A model generated the notes under the pieces. That model was not told where the DNA came from, searched no databases, and saw only the letters and a program-made list of their open reading frames with translations. This document shows, piece by piece, positions 42,495 through 52,536 of a DNA stretch of 64,000 nucleotides (position 1 is the first letter of the stretch; the number at the start of each line of letters is the position of its first letter). The DNA lies in the IMG/VR virus record IMGVR_UViG_3300005470_000001. One strand, given 5' to 3'. Origin of the DNA: an uncultured virus (IMG/VR IMGVR_UViG_3300005470_000001). Its lineage: Duplodnaviria; Heunggongvirae; Uroviricota; Caudoviricetes. The position numbers were made by a program, and so were the translations under genes.

Positions 42495-42867
42495 GATTGT
42501 TTGACTCTTCTATTTCTTTTTCTAATAAAAATATACCACAACATAACATATGAGAAAGATGTGATTCACCTGATTCAGGATCAATTAATTCACCTTTACG
42601 ATATGCTTCTAAATGACGCATTAAAGCTGCTATATATCTTGGTTTCCAATCATTTACAAATTTCCAATTATCAGGAGCATATTTTTTTGCTCCAAAAGTA
42701 AGAATTTTAACTATTTTTTCAATTGCATTTGGTGGTAAAAGATCATAACGAAGTTTATCTGAATCATCTTTCTTACCAATAGGACTACTAGCTATACTAG
42801 TAGTTTTAGTTATTGGATTATAAAGTCCATAAGGAGGAGCTTTTATCATTCTGAATCTCTCCCACAA
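42481..42867 (-). CDS. dATP/dGTP diphosphohydrolase domain protein
   Basis: K.RYDLLP..LTFGAKKY..NW..Y.AAL.RH..DPESG..HL.H. Confidence 0.8.
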   Translation of the reverse strand: MWERFRMIKAPPYGLYNPITKTTSIASSPIGKKDDSDKLRYDLLPPNAIEKIVKILTFGAKKYAPDNWKFVNDWKPRYIAALMRHLEAYRKGELIDPESGESHLSHMLCCGIFLLEKEIEESNNHEIN

Positions 42868-43136
42868 TATAAAGATGTTGTATCTTCATAATTATCAATA
42901 TCTAATTCATTATAATCAGATTTTTCAAAGTCTATAAATGAAAATAAAGGTAATCCTTCTTCACCTATTACATATTTAATTTCAACTATAATTTTATTTT
43001 GTTTTTGATTTACATATATAGCATCAATATCATATGAAGCCATTTCATCAACTTGTAGTATTTCAAGATCTGTTAAAAATGCATCTGCAACAAGTTGATC
43101 TGTAATTACTGGATTTAATTTTGACATAATAATCAA
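42846..43136 (-). CDS. Hypothetical protein
   Basis: ORF in operon. Confidence 0.55.
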   Translation of the reverse strand: MIIMSKLNPVITDQLVADAFLTDLEILQVDEMASYDIDAIYVNQKQNKIIVEIKYVIGEEGLPLFSFIDFEKSDYNELDIDNYEDTTSLYCGRDSE

Positions 43137-43172
43137 TTTTTGATTAAAAAAAGATGAGCATTTTTATAAAAA

Positions 43173-43796
43173 TTACTCACCAACTATTTTATAATTAAAT
43201 TTTTCTTCTTTGTTTTTGATATTAAAATCAAGTTCACCAGTTAAAGCGTCAGGATGAATTTCTTCTAATTTCATTTTAAATTCTTGGGAAATCAATTTAC
43301 GAAATTCTTTTTGATATTCAACATCTTTTTTTAAAATACTTTTTATATCATTGATATGTTTTTGATAGTCATCATTTTTTATTTTACTTTTAAAAAGTAA
43401 ATCAATCTCTTTTTTTGAAAACATTTTACTAAACTGAGATTGTTTAAATTTTTCAAAAGATGAAATATATTTATCAGGAATTCTTATAACAATCATATGA
43501 TATTCTCCTGTTAGATCATATCTATAATCATCTTCATAACTATGATGTTCTCTTAATAAATTTAATACTTCTGGAAAATTAACACCACTCAAATGTGTTT
43601 TTTTAAGATTTATTAATATAAATAAATGTCTTTCATGTGTAATTCCAGATCTTTCTAAAATCATATCTCCAATACCTATCCCAGCCTTATTAAGACTGTT
43701 CATTATACTAACAAATTTATCACCATAATAATTAATTATAGGATAAAGATATTTTTTAGTTTTATTTATAATTAAACCATCTTTTTTAATTTCCAT
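43173..43796 (-). CDS. Hypothetical protein
   Basis: 207-aa ORF in operon. Confidence 0.65.
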   Translation of the reverse strand: MEIKKDGLIINKTKKYLYPIINYYGDKFVSIMNSLNKAGIGIGDMILERSGITHERHLFILINLKKTHLSGVNFPEVLNLLREHHSYEDDYRYDLTGEYHMIVIRIPDKYISSFEKFKQSQFSKMFSKKEIDLLFKSKIKNDDYQKHINDIKSILKKDVEYQKEFRKLISQEFKMKLEEIHPDALTGELDFNIKNKEEKFNYKIVGE

Positions 43797-44181
43797 ATTG
43801 ACTAGTTATAATTTTAATAAAATCTTCTAAAGTAGTAACAACAAGAGTATCTTCTTCAACTCTTTTTTTACCAAATGGAAGTTTCTTATGTATTATAATT
43901 TTTGGATATGTTATTTGAGGATCAGTTTCTGGATAATTAATAGCAAGAAGTTCTCTCATTTCTGAGAGAACTTTGCTATAAGATAAACCTTTTTGAATAC
44001 CATCTTTACATTGAATATTAAATGGTAATCCCCACAAATCAACTTTGCTATTATCAAGCAATCTAGAAGCTTGTCTTGATGTTTTAGTTTTGTCAAAACC
44101 TAAAGTTCTAAATAATTTTGCTATAGCTCTTTCAAAATTATGTCCCCTAACTCTGTTATTTGAAACTTTTCTAGTATTCAT
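43786..44181 (-). CDS. Holliday junction resolvase-like PD-(D/E)XK nuclease
   Basis: RGHNFER..A..F, VDL and IQCK motifs. Confidence 0.75.
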   Translation of the reverse strand: MNTRKVSNNRVRGHNFERAIAKLFRTLGFDKTKTSRQASRLLDNSKVDLWGLPFNIQCKDGIQKGLSYSKVLSEMRELLAINYPETDPQITYPKIIIHKKLPFGKKRVEEDTLVVTTLEDFIKIITSQYGN

Positions 44182-44981
44182 GGTAAAAATTGTAGTAAAT
44201 ATTCTTCTTTGTCACTTTTTCTCATGAGATCTATTTTTTCTACATTTTGATCAAAAATATAATAATTAGGATTATCTGTATATAATATATTTTTAATACC
44301 ATTTTCTTTATAAAGCTTTATATATTTATTAATAGGTTTCATTAATGGTGCATATTCTTGATTTATATTTACAACAAGTATGCTTTTATTTACATTAAAA
44401 GGTTCCATTTTATTTTGATCTCTACTTGAACATAAAGCAATCATTATAATTGGTTCTATATCATCAACTACATTATTTTCTAATATATTAGGATATTCAG
44501 AACTATACATAAAATGTTCTCTTGCACGAATACGATGTCTTACACCATTAATATTTAGATAAAATGTTGGGGTTATCATATTAATAGTTCTATATCTACC
44601 ACTTTGTCCAGATAATACATATTTAAGTGAAGACAACGGCATATGACGTGAATTAATATAATTTGTAGGTAATGATATCATATTTCCATCTATAGATATA
44701 TTTGAAAAATTTATATGATTAAAACATTGCCATGCAAAATAAGGAATTAATTTACTATTTTTTAATGAAATTATATATTTAGAAGGTAATATATTATTCA
44801 TTACTATACCTAATGTTTTTTCATCTGCATCTTTAATATTTAGAACATATTTTTGATTATTTTCATAAATAGATGAAAATTGAATAGTACGATCAGATGA
44901 ATATGTATCTGGATTTACAAAATTTGGTATTACATTGATAGCAACTCTAGAATTAGGTTGTTCTTGTACTACTGTCGTCAT
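44178..44981 (-). CDS. Hypothetical protein overlapping the 3' end of the E1-like gene
   Basis: 267-aa ORF; no motif recognised. Confidence 0.6.
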   Translation of the reverse strand: MTTVVQEQPNSRVAINVIPNFVNPDTYSSDRTIQFSSIYENNQKYVLNIKDADEKTLGIVMNNILPSKYIISLKNSKLIPYFAWQCFNHINFSNISIDGNMISLPTNYINSRHMPLSSLKYVLSGQSGRYRTINMITPTFYLNINGVRHRIRAREHFMYSSEYPNILENNVVDDIEPIIMIALCSSRDQNKMEPFNVNKSILVVNINQEYAPLMKPINKYIKLYKENGIKNILYTDNPNYYIFDQNVEKIDLMRKSDKEEYLLQFLP

Positions 44982-45747
44982 TTTTAATTAGTTTATTAAT
45001 TTTAACAGTATTCATTAGAGGTGTATATGTTTGAAAGAAAAATGGAACTTGTTTAGGTCCATAAACCTCTGTTGAAATATTTGCAAGATAATTGGTATAT
45101 ATTTCAGTCATTATACCAGCAATTTTCATTGCTAAAAATCTTGTCTGTTTAAATGTACATGGTGCGTCTTCTATTGTATTATCTGAAAATATATGATTAG
45201 TAAGATATTCTTCTTTTGCAATTTCATCTGTTCCAATAATGGTAAATATTTGAATTTGCTCGGCTGTCAATCTTCCATCCATATAAATACAATTTCTTTT
45301 TTCTTTTTCTGTAAGACATATAGTATCTACAGTTTTACACCATTGTTTAAATGTTAATTCTCTTGGTAACATTTTATCAAAACCAGTAAGAATGTGAGTA
45401 AATGGTAATACTGTATCTTTTTCTATTTTTGAATTTGACATATTAATAGACAAATCACAAAAATCTATAATATTATCATATACAGCTCTTACTTTACTGG
45501 TATTGATTTGAGATTTTTTAAAAAATTGACCAGCAAGATTTACTTCTTCTACTGTATCAAAATCTACAATTGTTATATTTTCACAACCAGCACTAGCAAT
45601 CGCTAGTGCCAACCATGAAGAAATCCCACCAGCTCCACCAATAAATAATTCTTGATTTTGAATTGTTTCAAACCAAGATGCATCTTTAAATCTTGTATAT
45701 TTATTTGGAACAATTTTTGTATCTACAGAATCAGATAGATCACTCAT
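44953..45747 (-). CDS. ThiF/E1-like adenylating enzyme
   Basis: GGAGGIS nucleotide-binding loop, DFDTVEEVNL, K, GFD, DGR; candidate catalytic Cys in APCT. Confidence 0.88.
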   Translation of the reverse strand: MSDLSDSVDTKIVPNKYTRFKDASWFETIQNQELFIGGAGGISSWLALAIASAGCENITIVDFDTVEEVNLAGQFFKKSQINTSKVRAVYDNIIDFCDLSINMSNSKIEKDTVLPFTHILTGFDKMLPRELTFKQWCKTVDTICLTEKEKRNCIYMDGRLTAEQIQIFTIIGTDEIAKEEYLTNHIFSDNTIEDAPCTFKQTRFLAMKIAGIMTEIYTNYLANISTEVYGPKQVPFFFQTYTPLMNTVKINKLIKNDDSSTRTT

Positions 45748-47048
45748 GTTGTTATTAATTTTTTAGTTGATTTCATTTTCTTTTTCATATCATTAATGAT
45801 ATGGTTACAAGTAGACTGGATAAGTTTACATATTTCAGTATAATTTTTTACATACATACTTGTACTAAAGAATGACATTGTTTCACGTAATGTATTTACA
45901 TATGATTCAAGATCTTTCATAGTATCAAAAGTACCAAGAATACTAGTATATGCTTCTGGAATTGTATCTTCTAAATTTGTTTTGAAGATTATTTTATCAT
46001 CCTCTGTAACATAAGATTTTGTCAAATCATGTAAGATTCTTGTTAAAGAATATAATTCAGCTTTATGTTTTATTTCTTCAGAATAATGTGCTTCTACTAA
46101 AGCAATAGTAATAAAATTCATAAATACATTTTCAATTTCTTTAACATTTTTAGTATTATTTGTATTATTTGTATTGACATTCCCTGATACTAAAACTTGA
46201 CTTCTACCATTATTATGATCAAATTGTCTAACAATTTCATCTAATTTTGGTGAACTATAATCTTTACTATCTATTTCTGCAAATAAATCATCAAGCTCAG
46301 AATATCTATTATAATATTGATGATAATTATGTGGTGAAACTAAGATTTTTGGAACTTTAGGTGCTTTAATACTTTCCATAGATTCCAGAAAGGTTTTATT
46401 AAAGAAAATTTCTTTGTCTTCAAAAATAATCTCTGGTTCAAATACTACCATTGACATTTTTTCTGGATATTCTTTTGTATAAGTAGCTGTTTGACCATCA
46501 ATATCAGTAAATACACCTTCATTTTTTGATTTTAAAGATGCTGCTACAACAAATTTTGCATTATATTCTTTTCTATTATTAGTAATAATAGAGAGATATC
46601 CATTATGATTACGAACATTATCATCTAGTTCATCCATATCTGTACCACTAAATCCGGTAGCCATATTTACATGTGAATGTACATGACCAAGTCTTGAACT
46701 ATATAATGTTTTAGGATCAATACCTCTTTCTTCAGCAAGGTTTTTCATATACTTTTGAACTTTGGGACCAAATTTATAATCAGTATAACCTGCTGTTCCT
46801 TTATCCATAGGAATAATGTCCAGTGCTTCAATGAATATACTTTCTTTGGGTACTTTAGCTTTACTTGCATTAAATAATGAAAGTATAGAACCAGTTATTT
46901 TATAAATAACAATACCACTCCATTCTACATTGGAGATATTTTTACAAAGTATATCTGCTTGTTTATAAAATTCATCAGAAATCAGAAGCAATGGGCGAGC
47001 AAAGCTGTTTACTATTGGTAATACTGTTTTTTTTGATATTACAGACAT
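45744..47048 (-). CDS. JAB/MPN (JAMM) metallopeptidase domain protein
   Basis: EWSG plus HVHSHVNMATGFSGTD (E..HxH..S..D). Confidence 0.85.
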   Translation of the reverse strand: MSVISKKTVLPIVNSFARPLLLISDEFYKQADILCKNISNVEWSGIVIYKITGSILSLFNASKAKVPKESIFIEALDIIPMDKGTAGYTDYKFGPKVQKYMKNLAEERGIDPKTLYSSRLGHVHSHVNMATGFSGTDMDELDDNVRNHNGYLSIITNNRKEYNAKFVVAASLKSKNEGVFTDIDGQTATYTKEYPEKMSMVVFEPEIIFEDKEIFFNKTFLESMESIKAPKVPKILVSPHNYHQYYNRYSELDDLFAEIDSKDYSSPKLDEIVRQFDHNNGRSQVLVSGNVNTNNTNNTKNVKEIENVFMNFITIALVEAHYSEEIKHKAELYSLTRILHDLTKSYVTEDDKIIFKTNLEDTIPEAYTSILGTFDTMKDLESYVNTLRETMSFFSTSMYVKNYTEICKLIQSTCNHIINDMKKKMKSTKKLITT

Positions 47049-48183
47049 TTGTATAATATTTTAAAATTAATTTTATTGTTGAAGGATGAAATACCTCTTC
47101 AACTGTTTTTCTTTCATCAAATGCTACATTTTTATCAATTAAATTGGCTTGAAAAGTTTTATCTCTAAATGGAAAATAATATTCTTCTAAATATTTAATT
47201 TTTTCTTCAGAAAAAGAATATTTTAAAACATCTTTAGCATATACATAACAAAAATTAGGTTCTGTTCCTTGTCTTAACATATAAAAAGTATCAGAAAAAC
47301 AAGATTTAAGTTTGTCATAAAAAAGTGGTTCTAAATTAGAATTATAATTAAATTCTATTTTATTATTTTCATTTAAAAATAATTCTATTTGTTTGTCTCT
47401 AACTAAATCATTTAGAATATTTAGAATATCTTGTGAATGAGAATATATTGTTCTTTCCATATAAATATTGGAATAAATATTAGTATTACTTAATATATCA
47501 CCTGTTCTACCATTATTTTTACCAATATCTCCTATTCTTCTATAGGGTCCACCTTCAATACTTTCGTATTCTAAATATGCTTTTATAGATCTAAAGAAAA
47601 GTATCCAATTATTGATGTTTTTTTGAAATTCATTTTGGCTATTTATGACATTGATTATTTTATTAATACCACCGTTACCAAGACAAAAATCTGAAAATAA
47701 AGTTTCATATTGTTGAAATCTTAATACATTATTTATTTCTGATAAACTATAATATCTACCTGTTTCTACAAATTCTCTCCAAGGACCAAATGAATTACGA
47801 ACTGCACCACTTAAATGACTATGAGAATAACCTGCAATAATTTCTCTTTTAGTATATGAAGTTCTCATTCCACTCATATTACATAATTGCAATCTGTTAA
47901 CAGATTTATCTTTATAAATTGTTAATTTTACAAATATGTCATGAATAACATGTTTTTCATATCTCATATTTGTAATATTAATTGTTGGAAAATGAATTAT
48001 AATAAAAAATTTACCTGTTTTAAAAGACATTTCAGGTATAATTTCAAATTCATCTGGATATGTTTTTCTTAATGCAATCAATATGATATTCATTATATCA
48101 ATTGATGTATCAGAAAGTTTAAAATTATGTTTAAGATTTAATTCTTTAAAATCAAAATCATTGTTATATATTATTCTTTCCAT
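46975..48183 (-). CDS. Putative E2-like (UBC-fold) protein
   Basis: YSHSHL..DFCLG recalls the HPH/HPN..CL signature; context between Ubl and JAB genes. Confidence 0.5.
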   Translation of the reverse strand: MERIIYNNDFDFKELNLKHNFKLSDTSIDIMNIILIALRKTYPDEFEIIPEMSFKTGKFFIIIHFPTINITNMRYEKHVIHDIFVKLTIYKDKSVNRLQLCNMSGMRTSYTKREIIAGYSHSHLSGAVRNSFGPWREFVETGRYYSLSEINNVLRFQQYETLFSDFCLGNGGINKIINVINSQNEFQKNINNWILFFRSIKAYLEYESIEGGPYRRIGDIGKNNGRTGDILSNTNIYSNIYMERTIYSHSQDILNILNDLVRDKQIELFLNENNKIEFNYNSNLEPLFYDKLKSCFSDTFYMLRQGTEPNFCYVYAKDVLKYSFSEEKIKYLEEYYFPFRDKTFQANLIDKNVAFDERKTVEEVFHPSTIKLILKYYTNVCNIKKNSITNSKQLCSPIASDF

Positions 48184-48195
48184 GTTACAATAAAT

Positions 48196-48234
48196 AAAAA
48201 AAGGGAATAAACAAATATATTGTCTATTCCCTTT
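48196..48234 (-). terminator. Intrinsic terminator after the Ubl-fusion gene
   Basis: Minus strand AAAGGGAATAGACAA-loop-TTGTTTATTCCCTTT continuing into a T run. Confidence 0.75.
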
Positions 48235-48256
48235 AAATTAATTAAAAGTTAAGTAA

Positions 48257-48850
48257 TTAAACCCAACCCTTCTTTTCTGCAATTTCTTTGTATTTAATTT
48301 GACAAAGATCAGGCATTGCAAAATGATTAACAATTGAGTTAACAATAGTCTCAACAGTTACTCTATCCATTCCATCAGAAGTGTATACTATATATTTATA
48401 ATCAATAAACTTACAAATATCTTCAAGACTGATTGTGTTATCAAGAAAATCTTCTTCTGATTTCATCTTTTCTTCATAATCATACCACTTGGTAAGCATC
48501 TCATTGAGTTCAAGGGTACTGAGCATTTCAAAATTACCGAAAAAATCTTCTGCTCCTTCATTATCATCAATAATGTTGTTAATAGTACGCTTAACTGCAT
48601 TATAAGGAAGCTTACTCATTGTTGCACCAGATTTTGTCTGTCTAGGATAAACAAAAAGACAGAAATCTTCTGAAGGAATAGTATCAGAATCTGAAATATA
48701 TTCTTTCTCAGATTCATCAGCAACATTAGAAGTTGACCAAGGATAACTATTACCAACAGCAGCTTTCAGCTGACCATAAGTTGTAACAGTAGAAAGAAGA
48801 TCAACAACATTACCGTTGATACCAGCTGTACTATAAATTGTAACTTTCAT
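48257..48850 (-). CDS. Putative ubiquitin-like (beta-grasp) domain of 75 aa ending TKSG, fused to an acidic C-terminal domain
   Basis: Strand-strand-helix pattern (KVTIY, VVDL, TYGQLKAAV), DTIP..FCLFV final strand, Gly75; adjacent to E2/JAB/E1. Confidence 0.6.
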   Translation of the reverse strand: MKVTIYSTAGINGNVVDLLSTVTTYGQLKAAVGNSYPWSTSNVADESEKEYISDSDTIPSEDFCLFVYPRQTKSGATMSKLPYNAVKRTINNIIDDNEGAEDFFGNFEMLSTLELNEMLTKWYDYEEKMKSEEDFLDNTISLEDICKFIDYKYIVYTSDGMDRVTVETIVNSIVNHFAMPDLCQIKYKEIAEKKGWV

Positions 48851-48880
48851 TTTTTTTATATCAAAAATTTATTAAAATAA

Positions 48881-49849
48881 TTATTTTTTTAAATTAAGGG
48901 TATTTTTTAACCATTTTTCTGTAAACTGTCTACCCTTAAAACAGTACATTTCCGAAATATCTTTTAGGTGTTTTTCAGGAGTATAAATTAAATTTGTTGG
49001 TTTGGTAATTATTTTAGCTAACTTATTACTAGCATTTATACCAGCATTATCATTATCATAAAATATTGTTATGTTATCATAGTTTTCAACAAAATTATTT
49101 ATATTATCTGGTATTGAACCTTCACTTTGTAACCATATAACATTATCTTCTATGAGATTATAAATTACTCTATAATCTTTATAACTCTTTGTGATTATCA
49201 AATTTCCATTATTTGTATATTTACCTAAAATATAATTTTTAGGTATATTTGATAACCATTTTGAATTTTTAGAATCTAATGGTCTGTAAATTTTATATTT
49301 ATTATCATTAGTAGATATAGCATAACCAATTTCTTTCAAAGATGTATGTTTCCATATATTATTTTTTCTCCATGAATAAAAGGAAATTGGAATAGTTTTA
49401 TCTTCTTCTAAATTAGCTATAGTAATACCATATCTTTCTGTCCAATAAATACTGTCTCTTTTTTCCCAATCTCTTTTTTTTGGTATTATAAGAGTTGGTG
49501 TTTTTATAGGTTTATTAAAATTTTGTATAATCTTTGGTTTTAAATTAATATCTCTTATAGCTATATTATTTTTAATATAAGAGATAGCATCTTTTAAACT
49601 TAAATCATACATTTTTACTATAGAACCAACAGCACCTATTGTACTATCTGCCCAATCTACAAAATAAATATGGTTATCTTTTTTTATAAAATAACAATTT
49701 GGATAATTATCGTTTCTAAAAGGACTAACATATTTTTTATCATAATTTGGATATTCTCCAAATACAAGTTTAAATATATCTTCTTCTGAATAATAAGAAT
49801 ATATACCATCTATAGTATTTGGTATATAAACATCGGGCTGATAGTACAT
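48881..49849 (-). CDS. DNA primase (TOPRIM)
   Basis: SPFRND..P.C, IITKSYKD, YDNDNAG and KDISE motifs. Confidence 0.8.
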   Translation of the reverse strand: MYYQPDVYIPNTIDGIYSYYSEEDIFKLVFGEYPNYDKKYVSPFRNDNYPNCYFIKKDNHIYFVDWADSTIGAVGSIVKMYDLSLKDAISYIKNNIAIRDINLKPKIIQNFNKPIKTPTLIIPKKRDWEKRDSIYWTERYGITIANLEEDKTIPISFYSWRKNNIWKHTSLKEIGYAISTNDNKYKIYRPLDSKNSKWLSNIPKNYILGKYTNNGNLIITKSYKDYRVIYNLIEDNVIWLQSEGSIPDNINNFVENYDNITIFYDNDNAGINASNKLAKIITKPTNLIYTPEKHLKDISEMYCFKGRQFTEKWLKNTLNLKK

Positions 49850-49867
49850 AGGATTTTATTTACTTAT

Positions 49868-50554
49868 TTAGTTCCACAAAACTTCAGAAGTTACACCATC
49901 AGTACCTTCTGAACCTTGAAAACCACTTTTCTGTAATTTAGCAAAATTACTACCAAGAAACCAACTAGTTCTAGTAAATGGATGAATATTATTATTATCA
50001 TCAATGTACTTGAGACCACTAGTAACATCTTTCTTCCATGAGCCAACAGGTGCTACATGAGCATGAATAAAATTACCATGCTTCAGATTTTTAGGAATCT
50101 CAAGAAAACTATTTTCTTTACCATCAGGAATATTCCACTGATATTGAAGAAAAATATCAAGAGGAACTTTCATATAATCTTTAGGTAGAAGTGAAATAAG
50201 AATTTTAACATATTCACCAAAACTAACTTTGTTTGTACCAACAGCAGCTTTAATAGCATCAGTTGTTACAAAAGGTTTCATGATATGTGTTAAAACACCA
50301 CTGAGTTCTCTCTCTTGCTTTGCTAATTCCAAAGAAAAAGATTCATCTCCTGCAACAATTTCTACATTTCCTGAGAATACTTTATTGACAGGAAACTTCT
50401 TATATTTCATTGGATTAGTATCTCCATCAATAAGAATTTCTACATTCAATGCTTCAACAGGATCATTAACCCATTCAATTTTTGTAATTTTACCAGTATT
50501 AAGACCAAACTGTTTTGTTGATCTTACTGTATCTTCGCTAAATCCGTATCCCAT
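49868..50554 (-). CDS. Probable single-stranded DNA-binding protein
   Basis: Position between AAA ATPase and primase; flexible acidic tail; no diagnostic motif. Confidence 0.4.
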   Translation of the reverse strand: MGYGFSEDTVRSTKQFGLNTGKITKIEWVNDPVEALNVEILIDGDTNPMKYKKFPVNKVFSGNVEIVAGDESFSLELAKQERELSGVLTHIMKPFVTTDAIKAAVGTNKVSFGEYVKILISLLPKDYMKVPLDIFLQYQWNIPDGKENSFLEIPKNLKHGNFIHAHVAPVGSWKKDVTSGLKYIDDNNNIHPFTRTSWFLGSNFAKLQKSGFQGSEGTDGVTSEVLWN

Positions 50555-50555
50555 A

Positions 50556-50861
50556 TTAATATGATTCTTCTGTTAATAAAATTTGTTGATTGACATCTGG
50601 ATCTTTTTCAAATATACTAATTTGATTTTCAGAAATTTCTATAGCAGGAATTTCTTCATCAAAGGTGTTTATTTGTGTATTTTCTAAATCATCAACGATG
50701 TCAATTGGTGATTTGGGTGCTCTAATTCCTTTTAATTTTTGATGAGAAAAGATTGCTTTCATTTGTGCACCAGTTAATTCAAAATCTCTTTTGATATCAG
50801 CTCTCTTTGCACCTTTAGCAACAGCATCAAAAATATCACTTAACTTTATTTGTTTTGCCAT
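50556..50861 (-). CDS. Hypothetical protein
   Basis: ORF in operon; acidic C-terminus. Confidence 0.6.
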   Translation of the reverse strand: MAKQIKLSDIFDAVAKGAKRADIKRDFELTGAQMKAIFSHQKLKGIRAPKSPIDIVDDLENTQINTFDEEIPAIEISENQISIFEKDPDVNQQILLTEESY

Positions 50862-50873
50862 ATTCTTTTATAT

Positions 50874-52536
50874 TTATTTACCATAATTTCTTACTGCATC
50901 TACTACTAATCCCATATCATTTTTGATATAAAGATCATCAAATAAACCCTGAGATTTAGATGGATATTGACCATCATTCTCAGTTACAAAAAATTTCTCT
51001 ACTTTTTTAAGAGATTCATTATATTGTGATTTACCAAATAACATTAGATCAAATTTTCCTTCAGGCGTCAAATATTCTTGACAAATATTATATAATGCTT
51101 TTAAGTTGAGTAATTATTTCAACACATTATAACTTAATATTTCTATTAAGATTCGACTATATCTTTATTTTTATATGACCAAACAAAACCATAAGCAGTT
51201 TTTAATCTACCAGAACAACAAGACCATATATTAGATTTTAAATAACCTAATTCCTCTTCTATTTGTCCTAATGTAAACCATTCTTTTATTAGTTCATTTT
51301 CTCTACTAAATTGTAATATAAGATACTTAGATTTTTTAATTCTAGTTTCCATACTCAATTTTTTACCAATATTACATTGTTTTATTTTCTCTTTTGTACT
51401 ATCACTAAGTATTTTTCCTTTGTGAGAATTAGAAATTTTTAACTTTGTAATTTCAGTTCTAGATTTACCTTTTAAAGAATTAGATATTTTTTCTTTGTGT
51501 TCTAATGACATTTTATAGCCTAATGTCCCAGATTCACCACCAATAGAATGATTACATAAATTTGGATATATAGAAATAAAATATTGTTCTCTTTCTATCC
51601 AATTTTCACATTCTTCAATTAATTCAATTAATGGTTTTTTATTTTTTTCTAAAAGAGAATATATCCAACAAGAAACATGAGATGTTCTTGATTTTTTTGC
51701 TTTTGTAATATGTCCTGAAAGTCTCTTTTTTAAAGATTCTTTTGTTTTACCAATATATTTTATATCATTGGTTTCAGGATCTATTAATTTATATATTTTG
51801 GTCATTATTTTTACTTTAATAGTTAATATTATAATAAAAATAGTAAAAAATACTCACTGTTTCCAAATTAAGTAATTAGTTTAATTTGTACTCTCCCACA
51901 ACAGGAGATAGTCTGTGAACCTTATTCCTTTAAGGAATCTTGGCTGCTGATTGCCCAATTCTTACCTCTTTTACTATACTATAATCATTACTGTTATAGG
52001 GAGTGTGTAAGACTCTAAGGGTGTTCCAGTCAATTAAATGAGTAATGGCCCAAGATGACCATCTTACCTGTAGTCTTCATACGATAACTAATATCACCAC
52101 TATTATTTACTTTATAATCTTCTGAATGAGCTAAACAAATAATAATTTTTGTTTTAGCTAATTCATCTAATGCAGTAAATATCAAACCCATATCATAACC
52201 AATTTGTTTTGGCGTATCCCAACCATTTTTCATAGCATTAGCCATGTAAAAATCTTGCATAATATAGTTAAAATCATCTATAACTATAATATTAAATGGT
52301 GAGTTCAATAGGTTTTTTAATACTTGTACAATAACTTTTGCATTACTTGTGATGATTCTATTACCATCTTTTAAATTATCAGGTGTTGTAACTTTATAAT
52401 TAGGTGTCCATTTGGCAACACAACTAATTAAAAAAGTTTCTTTTGGATCAATACCTTTAATACCTAATTTTTCATTTTTAAGTAAAGAAGCAGTTTTACC
52501 AAAACCACTCTCACCTAATATAAGAATTTTTATCAT
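50874..52536 (-). CDS. AAA/Sak4-like ATPase, two exons (52536-52058 and 51081-50874), 228 aa spliced
   Basis: Walker A GESGFGKT, Walker B IIVIDD; splicing gives MKTTGKMV|QEYLTPEGKFD in frame. Confidence 0.88.
51082..52057 (-). mobile_element. Group I intron in the AAA ATPase gene (976 nt)
   Basis: P1 AUGGU/GCCAU with U-G at the splice site; AAUCAGCAG, GUUCACAGACUA and AAGAUAUAGUCG core elements; terminal G. Confidence 0.92.
51146..51805 (-). CDS. Intron-encoded GIY-YIG homing endonuclease with NUMOD3/NUMOD1 repeats
   Basis: KIY..YIGKT..R..H, E, N motifs; HKEKISNSLKGK repeats; C-terminal KTAYGFVW. Confidence 0.9.
   Translation of the reverse strand: MTKIYKLIDPETNDIKYIGKTKESLKKRLSGHITKAKKSRTSHVSCWIYSLLEKNKKPLIELIEECENWIEREQYFISIYPNLCNHSIGGESGTLGYKMSLEHKEKISNSLKGKSRTEITKLKISNSHKGKILSDSTKEKIKQCNIGKKLSMETRIKKSKYLILQFSRENELIKEWFTLGQIEEELGYLKSNIWSCCSGRLKTAYGFVWSYKNKDIVES

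Noticed and set aside
44953..45747. ThiF as a thiamine/molybdopterin biosynthesis or tRNA-modifying enzyme
   Set aside because: No pathway partners are nearby; neighbours are JAB, E2-like and Ubl-like genes. Not formally excluded
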